The notes under the pieces: generated by a model | What the model saw: only the letters and a program-made list of their open reading frames with translations | Databases searched by the model: none | Told to the model about the DNA's origin: nothing | Position numbers and translations under genes: made by a program | Part shown: in pieces, positions 55,306 to 64,000 of the stretch | Layout: each line of letters begins with the position of its first letter | Numbering within the stretch: the first letter of the stretch is position 1 | DNA from: the human T2T-CHM13v2.0 reference genome, Homo sapiens | Reading direction: 5' to 3' (one strand) | Assembly (NCBI RefSeq): GCF_009914755.1 | Contig: NC_060925.1 | Length of the DNA stretch: 64,000 bases

Positions 55306-57582
55306 GAGGAAGAGGTACTCTGATCTCTCAGTTCACATGTTTAATTCGTGGGATTTTGACTGAGTTTTTAAAAATTAAATGTTATTTAATGTTGTTACAT
55401 CATGTGTTCAATAATAAAAATACGAAAAGAAAAAAACAGTTCTTTTTCATCCATTCCCTGAATCATAGTTCTTTGTCTTAGGTGGTTAAAAGACAGTTAA
55501 CATCTTAAATGATTCTAGTTTCAGCTCTAGGTCCATCATTTACCAGATAGTTAACCTTTGAAGAATAATTTAACTTAAGATTAAATTTTCAGTGTTGATA
55601 CTCTTGGGACAAAGAGTTCATAAAAGGAGGAAGCAGAAAGGCATTGGTAGAGTCAATATTGGATTCTAGAAGTAACTGGGATAAAAGGTAAGATGAAAAT
55701 ATACTCCAATTTTAGATCAGTTCCTCTCCCTGCCCACGCTGCCATACCCTGGCTCTGCTCCCAGGGCCCAGGCAAAAGCAATATTAAATCTTTACAAAAA
55801 ATGGCTTACAGTTGGTAGAACCTTAGACTGAAAATCTTTTGGGAAAGTCTGGAATGCACTGTTGGTAGGAGCATGTAGAAAGCTTACCCAGGGTGAGAAC
55901 AGTGGAGCAAAGCCAATTCCCCTCTTTCTAAAATCATAGCAAAGCAGAGAAAGCAGTGCTCCCATATGTATTACCTGGAGGATCCCCAAAACAGGAGGCT
56001 CTGGAACTAGCAATGCTTACTTACATCACCACCTCTCAAAAGACAGAATTCTAATATATCTGGCACAAAATCTAGACCAGGTTTCATAATTCCAAGTAGC
56101 AGAGTGGAAAAGTCTACAGGATATATGAATTATTGCCAGAAGGAAATTCATTAAATACTTTTAGAAAGCTGTGAACAACTCTGGAAATATTTAAAGACAG
56201 TGCTGTTGGCTCTGGCATTCTTAAATCTCAGGTAATAAGCTTGGCTTCTCAAGCAAACTTGAAAACTGCCCTGGTTAGCAACCAAGTAGGGAGCAGAGAC
56301 AGAACGTCCCCTGTTTCAGGAGTCATACTGTTAGTGTCCAGAAATGTAAATTCTAACTAAATTCATCAGACTGTATCCCAAAGGAAAGGCTGTGATGGTG
56401 GAAATAAGAGTAGAGAGAATGAGCTACCAGTATTATTTCAAAAAAGAAAAAAAAAGCAGTTGATAAATTCTTCTCTTCGGTGGGGTTTTCGCTGCAGAAA
56501 CAAATACATGGTTAGAGTATTCTGTAGAAAAAATTTGCAATTAATATTTACCGTCATTGAAGCTAAAATTCTTTTCTTGAAATCTCACAATTTTCTAATA
56601 TGGTCAAGACTTCATTCAAAGCTTTCCCTTGATAATTATACCTATAAATGAACTATTATCAAGGAGAAAGGCACAGCCTTAAATTTGTCTCTTTATTCAG
56701 TAATTGAACTATGGCTCTACACCATCTGTCTTCCTACAGCTATCATCAAAAGTATGCATTCTCTCAGAAGCAATGGGTCTCAGCCAAGATGGCTGCCACA
56801 TGAAAATGAGATAAGCAGGCACATTATCAATCCCAAAAACAACTCACAGGAACCGTTCAAAAACAAACCTCCTCAGGGGGCACCCTCCACCTCCCTTTTG
56901 ACTGTCAGCATGTCTGTCACCTGCACACCCACTAATAAACAAATACAAAAAAAATGGTTCCACCTTACTCTCCACATCAGTTCTACCCTGCAGGGGTTAG
57001 CACATTCAGAAACAAGGCAGAGGAGGTAACTAAATCCTTTGAAGGACACAATCAGGTATTACGAAGTTTGAAAAAAGCCAAGGTAATAACCATTGCCCTC
57101 TCTCCTCCTTTTCAAAAGGGGTAACATTTTTTTCCTCAACTACACACAGGTTGGATTGAAAGGTGGCAGCTGCCTCACAAAGCAGTCCTTTGAAAATAAT
57201 TACTACTCACTGCCTTTGCTATGTGCCTAGCTTTGCTAAGAGTACAGTTTTTTAAATGTATGGTGTAGATGATTTGCTGAAACTACACTAACTGCTACAC
57301 AAGAATTAATAGGCTTTGTGTACATATTCTGACTTCTTTCCCTTCACCGTGGTATTTCCATTTTTCCTAAAGATCATTCTGAACAAAAACAAACTCCTCA
57401 TGGAACTACTTGCCCAACAGATACATATCAGCTACTATTCACACTAACTCTTGATTATCTGCTAGATGGAAAACAAGCTTCCAAGGACTCAATCACAAAA
57501 CCTGAATCTTGCAGTACTTTGCTGGTTAAGAATGCTTACAACAGCAAGTCCTTTCCTATAACACTGTCACTAAAAAGCCTCA

Positions 57583-58257
<675 letters not shown>

Positions 58258-58489
58258 CTACCTACTTGAAACAGAATACTTATACTTCACAGGCTAAAGA
58301 AAATATGAAAACCACCCTCATTTAGTCTAGGTGAGAAAATAAATTCATTCCCCAAGGTAATGTTCATACATGTCCCTCATAACATTGAGTTGAAATTTGT
58401 TTTCAAACAAAATCCCCTATCAAGATCAACAGCCCTATTCCACAATTGCTCTCTTCTATCTTTTGGCCCCCACCCCAAAAATCTGTGGT

Positions 58490-58725
58490 TAAAGCTTTAG
58501 TTCCTAAAGCTGAGATTCCTGCATTTGAATCTCAACCCAGTCACTTCCTAACTGTGTCATCTTGGGTCAAATTCCTTAGTTTTTTCATGTGTAAAACAGG
58601 AATAATTTTAACAGTACCTACCCTACAGAGTTATTAAAGATATAAAGGAGAAAATATATGCAAAGTACTTAACATGAGCCTGGCATATAGTATTAAAAAG
58701 CTCAGTATATATTAGTTGCCATTAT
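58490..58725. mobile_element. MIR
   Basis: MIR core: tcacttcctaactgtgtcatcttgggtcaaattcctt...tgtaaaacaggaataat...cctggcatatagta. Confidence 0.7.
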
Positions 58726-61302
58726 TTATGTTGTTGTTGTTATACTTCATTTTAGCTCGGCCACCACTTTTTCCAGGAAGGCTTCTCCCATGAAACCTTC
58801 ACCCCAAGATGCCTCTCTTCTGTGCATCCTACATATACCTCTATCATAGCATTTCTCTCACCAGATCATATTTGTTTGTCTACCTCACACACTCTGCCCT
58901 CTTTAAGTGCTGGGGTTGTATATTGTATGTGTAGGCCCAGAAAGATGCTTAGCACATAGTAGACATTCAAGGAGCTTTCTTGTTAATTTTAAAAGTTCAC
59001 CCAATATTTAAATAAATTTGTGGGATTTTTTCTATACTAACAAAATCAAGCAAAAGATGTCAGCTCCAATATGGAATATCTTGAGTTATAGTCATTTGAA
59101 TCAGATCCTTAATGTTAATTAATTTCCTTGGCTGAAAGAAGGAAGAGGCAAGAGAGAAAAGTAAAGTTCCTGGTTCACTAACAAATTAGAATGAGCTTTT
59201 CCAATTAAATTGGGGAGTGCACTGAATAGGAAATATGAGAGATGTGCAAAGAAAGAAACTGAAGAAAAGCAGAGTGGATAAAAAAGAGATAACTGAATAA
59301 TATAACCAGCTGGGAAACAGCCTTTCCTGTCTAAACTCTAAACTAGAAAATCCTTTCAAATCCCAAAGAAATCTTTCCTCATGAAAGGACCAACCAAATT
59401 TCAGCTCCCTGAGCTACCTATTTCAGACCATTCGACTTCACTCAAAGGTGACATAAGCCTTCACCATGAAAATTTCTGAACAAAGCAACAGTGGAGAATA
59501 GCTTCCCAGTTCACCTAGGCAAAGAGCCATGCATCACTGATGACATCTAGATCCATTCACCTTCCCTTGTCCTGAGTAATGATGAAAAAGGAAAAACAGA
59601 AAAAGATACCTCAAAGTTCTGGTCACCTAGGTGAAAACAGGGAAACCACTCTATCACAATTCTAATGCCTTTAACTTCTACCTAAAACAACTTAATAAAT
59701 CAAAAGTTTGCATTAATTGGATACAGGTGCTATTCCATTTCAAAAGACCCATCTGCCAAGGTTTAGCCCAAAGGCATTTTTCACAGCCAAGTATTAATCA
59801 AATCACTGGTGTAGCTGAAAATAGCTCTCCTACCATAAAGTCACCTGTTCAGAAACAATCCAGTCATCAAGGGCTTTATAATATTTAAAGGCAGATTGAA
59901 GGCAAATGATTAAGCTATGCACTTAAAAAAAAAAAAACAACTGTAACTAGGGGGTTACACTGCTGCATATGATGTACTCAGAATCTCCTGCTTCGCTTTT
60001 TCTCCCACCACCTTATGACTAAAAGACTCTGGAGAATGCTGTCAGCAAGGAGAGCACGCCTCCAAGCCACAGCTTGAAGGAGCCCACACCTCTCTATGTA
60101 ATACTGTCTTTGTACTTCAAAAAGCACAGGTATTAAATTATAACAGATAAACTTTTGCCTATACATAAAAGTGGTTCTAAAAAGAAAGAATTGTTTTTCT
60201 AAAAAGAAAAGCACCTAGATATGATGTCGTGAATCTACCAATTCCCTGTGTAGCCCACTTGTAGATGGTATTGTTAAGAATCTGCAGTTGATTGCCATTT
60301 CTCATTGCAGTTATTACCGGCTGATAAATTATTTGCATTCAGCACAATCATACCAACCTCCCTTGGAAACCCACACAAAGAACCCTGAATCAGAGCACTA
60401 TTTTGTTTTTTGGGAAGGTTTTTCCTTTCCTTTCCTTTTTTTTTTTTTTTTTCTGGCTTGTTTTGTTGTTTTTAAAGAGAAGGTCATTTAGAGGGCCGCA
60501 GCAGAAATATGTAAATTAAACAGAATTGTAGGCTTGGGAGGAAGTAAGGAAATAATATAGCTAGCCATGAAGTGTTATTTCAGCAGATATGGCCAATAGA
60601 GGAAAAGTTTATATCAATTTACCCATTGAAACTCTCTCTTTTTGGAGCATTATGTAAGCGCCATTAAAAAAAAAAAAAAAAAAAAACTGCAGTGGGCTGA
60701 ACTGGGACATGTGAGGACTCAATACAACCAAGCTTCAGATACTTAAATATCTCGAACCACTTTTTGCTTATAGCAAATAAAATGCAGAGCTACAGATGCT
60801 TTCTCATCTGTGTGTAAATGAAAGCAAAACTGTGTGAGTAGTTAGTATTCTTAGAATTTTTGAGAGCCAGTTTATTTAAATTAAATCAAAGCCAATCTGT
60901 ATCTGTACAGAAATAATTTCTTAGGGCTCTTATTCTCTAGACTTACAGAGCTGTACAAACTCTTCCCTCTATCCCTCCCTCTAAGATAAAAAAAGTGAAA
61001 AGAGCTCTGTGGGTTAAAAGCCACTTCAAATGAATCTGGGAGGAGGAGGTTCAAAGGGATTAGAACATCCCATGTCTTACCAGCCTGCTATAAAACAGGG
61101 TTCAGCTATTCTCTGCCCCATTCTTTGTGTTCCCATAGCACATCTCGGAATTGATCATGCTTCTTTATGTTTCTACATCTCTCTCTGCCTCCATAGTGTG
61201 ACCTCTCTAATGGCAGGAACTTGGTTTTATTTAGCCTGATATATTATTTGTTGACCTAAAATGCGTGTATCTATAGTATATATATAAAATACCTAGATAT
61301 TA

Positions 61303-61680
<378 letters not shown>

Positions 61681-64000
61681 TTAAGGCACTGACTGAATGT
61701 GAGATAACACATATAAAGAGCCAGAGACCACAAATATTAGGAGAATGTAATCTAAGTCAACACCATAATGTGGCACTGACATTCGGGTAATTTCATATTG
61801 TTTGGTTTATTTATGGCAATCATGTGGCTTTTAATAGACTTCATTTTTCTGACGTGTTTTTACTTGTGTTTTTTTCTTATACCTCCATTTTCAAGTTAAT
61901 TGTAAGTCACATTCTACTGACAGAAATGAAAATATGGGCAAATTGGTCAACACTCCTGACTGCCAAATTATCTAGTATAGACTATCTCTAACTGCACGGA
62001 AACTGGCGTTTCCTTATCCTCATCTGTATAATGGCAACATTTCTCTGCTGCTTCAAAAAATGGTATTAATTCTAGGCAGGGAAATAAGAACACCCAAATG
62101 TTCTTCAGTGTCTCTCTCTTTCTTTGACACACACACACTACCCACAGGGACACAGCAAAGCCCTGGAAACATATCGTACACATACGGCCTTTACTCTCCA
62201 CCACTTCCTCTCCACTGACAGAGGCAGCCATGCTGCCAAGGTAGCAACCCCCACATGAAATACAAAAGAGTGGAGGCGAAACAGCTCAATCAAAACAGCT
62301 TGGGAACGGAAAGGAGGGTATGCTTGTCAGAGAAAGTCTCCAGGGATAGGCCAGAAAACTTTTGTTTCTGCCTTGAACATCCTGAGCAAATAACCCTGTT
62401 CCAGGTCTGCAGACCTCAGGTCAGGGGCCAACTCCTCCCTTTAACTTTTCACAGAAGGCGTAATAGGAAAACTCGCTGTTATTTGAAAAGTCCATTGTGA
62501 GAAATGTCAGAGTGCAGCTTATAAGCATACCCTGGGGAGCACAGCTGAGAGCAATTTTGAAAACCAAGCAGTTAGAAACTGATGAAGTAGAATGCACAGG
62601 TAGAAGACAGCTTGGCACTGCTTCAGCATATGGGGCTGCTTGCTTCAGGCCAGATGCCACAGACTGACCCAGCAGGATGCAGATTACTCAACTTTCTGAG
62701 ATGGAAGCTGGCTCTTCAGCTTTTCTCTACAAGGCTGCTTCATTTATTCTGATTAAGATTCATTCACTGTAGCCACCCCACTTCCATAAGCCTCCAGCTG
62801 ACTCTGGTTGCCCTCAGTTAAGGACAATAAACATTGAGCTGTATCAAAAACAAACAAACAAAAAACAGAGGAGCCATTTCTTAACAGGCAGGATGGCAGT
62901 CCTCTTGAAATGGTGAACTTGAATCTGAAATTAAGGCTACAGAAGTGAAACTGAATCAATGTTACCCCCCACTCCATCTCCCAGGTCTGGTAATATTAGT
63001 CATTCCCCTTATTACCTAAAAGTGAAAGAATTCATAAGCATACATTTATTTCAAACTCAAATGTGCTGCTGGATTAGAATCAAAACATAATGTTAAGCCA
63101 GTTGGAAGAAAGAGAGCATTCCTAAAAATCCTGTCATCTGCTGAGGGAGTTTAAAAAGGGGAACTGAAGTGAGATGCACTGGGCACCCATCTTTAGGGCA
63201 GAGTCTGCAGTGGGTAGAGTTCCAGATAGGCCTTGGCTGGCATTCCTCCCTGCTTCTGTTTCCCTTTGGACAGCGTCTGTGATGGCTAACTCACCATTCA
63301 GGGACATTCATAATTCTTTCTCTTCTTAGGGCATTTTATAGTTTCCTTTTGTGATTGGCCAGGGAAGTTCAAGATTTATATAATTGGTGCTTGCTTCATG
63401 CTAAGCATTGGAATGGTTCACCTAAGATCCTGAGTAACAAACCTGATGCCAAAAGGGCAGGAGCACCCTAATGCAGAAGACTTTCAAGTGCTGATGGGCT
63501 GGGTGTATCTAACGCCCATGAAATCACCACAGGAACACACTTCCAACTTGGGGGCAAAGGCTGCAGCTATAGCACTCTTTCCACATTTCCAAATAACCAC
63601 TCTAACTGCTTATTCAGGAAATGTGGATTATTAAAGGTGAGAGAGACAGAGCACTGGATAGAAAGGAAAACTGGAGATATACCATCTTGTGGACAGGAAC
63701 TTCACTTACATAATTCTTGGCAGAAGGTTATTCTATTAAGACCAGCTTGAGACATCAAATTGTCTAGTCTCCTACATTCCCAGGATTCTGCAAAGAAGAC
63801 TAGGTCTCTATTGTCATGGCATTACCTTGGGACCCTAGGGAAGCCTCAAACTCCTTGAAGGGAATCTTGATGTCAGCAATGCCATCCCTCTCAAAGGGAA
63901 TTTCTGTTCCCTAAGAATGGCAAAGGTATTAACAGACTGCAAGCTTCATGAGGGCAGAAACCGTATCTGTCTTGCTCACCAATGTATTAATTTTCCCTTT

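Noticed and set aside
56868-56885. CTCF-like cctcagggggcacc
   Set aside because: Several mismatches in the 5' half of the core motif, so it is not distinguishable from chance.

Overview
Human genomic DNA inside KIAA0319L (AAVR, the adeno-associated virus receptor), which is transcribed on the minus strand. It is Alu/L1-dense and contains an L1HS-Ta insertion. Only two coding exons are present: a 524-nt MANEC-domain exon (29664-30187) and a 247-nt Ser/Thr/Pro-rich stalk exon (2025-2271). They are separated by a 27.4-kb intron, and more than 33 kb of the upstream intron fills the rest of the window. Nearly all other ORFs in the track are Alu, L1 or low-complexity artefacts. The best candidate for something undescribed is a ~2.9-kb TSD-flanked, polyadenylated retrocopy of a ZNF485-like KRAB zinc-finger mRNA (32512-35397). 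Its 5' end is an MLT1-type LTR segment running from about the expected LTR transcription start to the LTR's splice-donor position. This looks like the fossil of an LTR-initiated, spliced germline or embryonic isoform. Other points of note: a short L1HS-Ta insertion in sense to the host gene, a double fold-back templated insertion at an Alu 5' junction, the two exons forming a stop-free 771-nt phase-symmetric unit, and a perfect competing splice donor 269 nt past the MANEC exon. Repeat subfamily names and gene identities come from recalled consensus and protein sequences, not database searches. Repeat boundaries are approximate unless TSDs are quoted.
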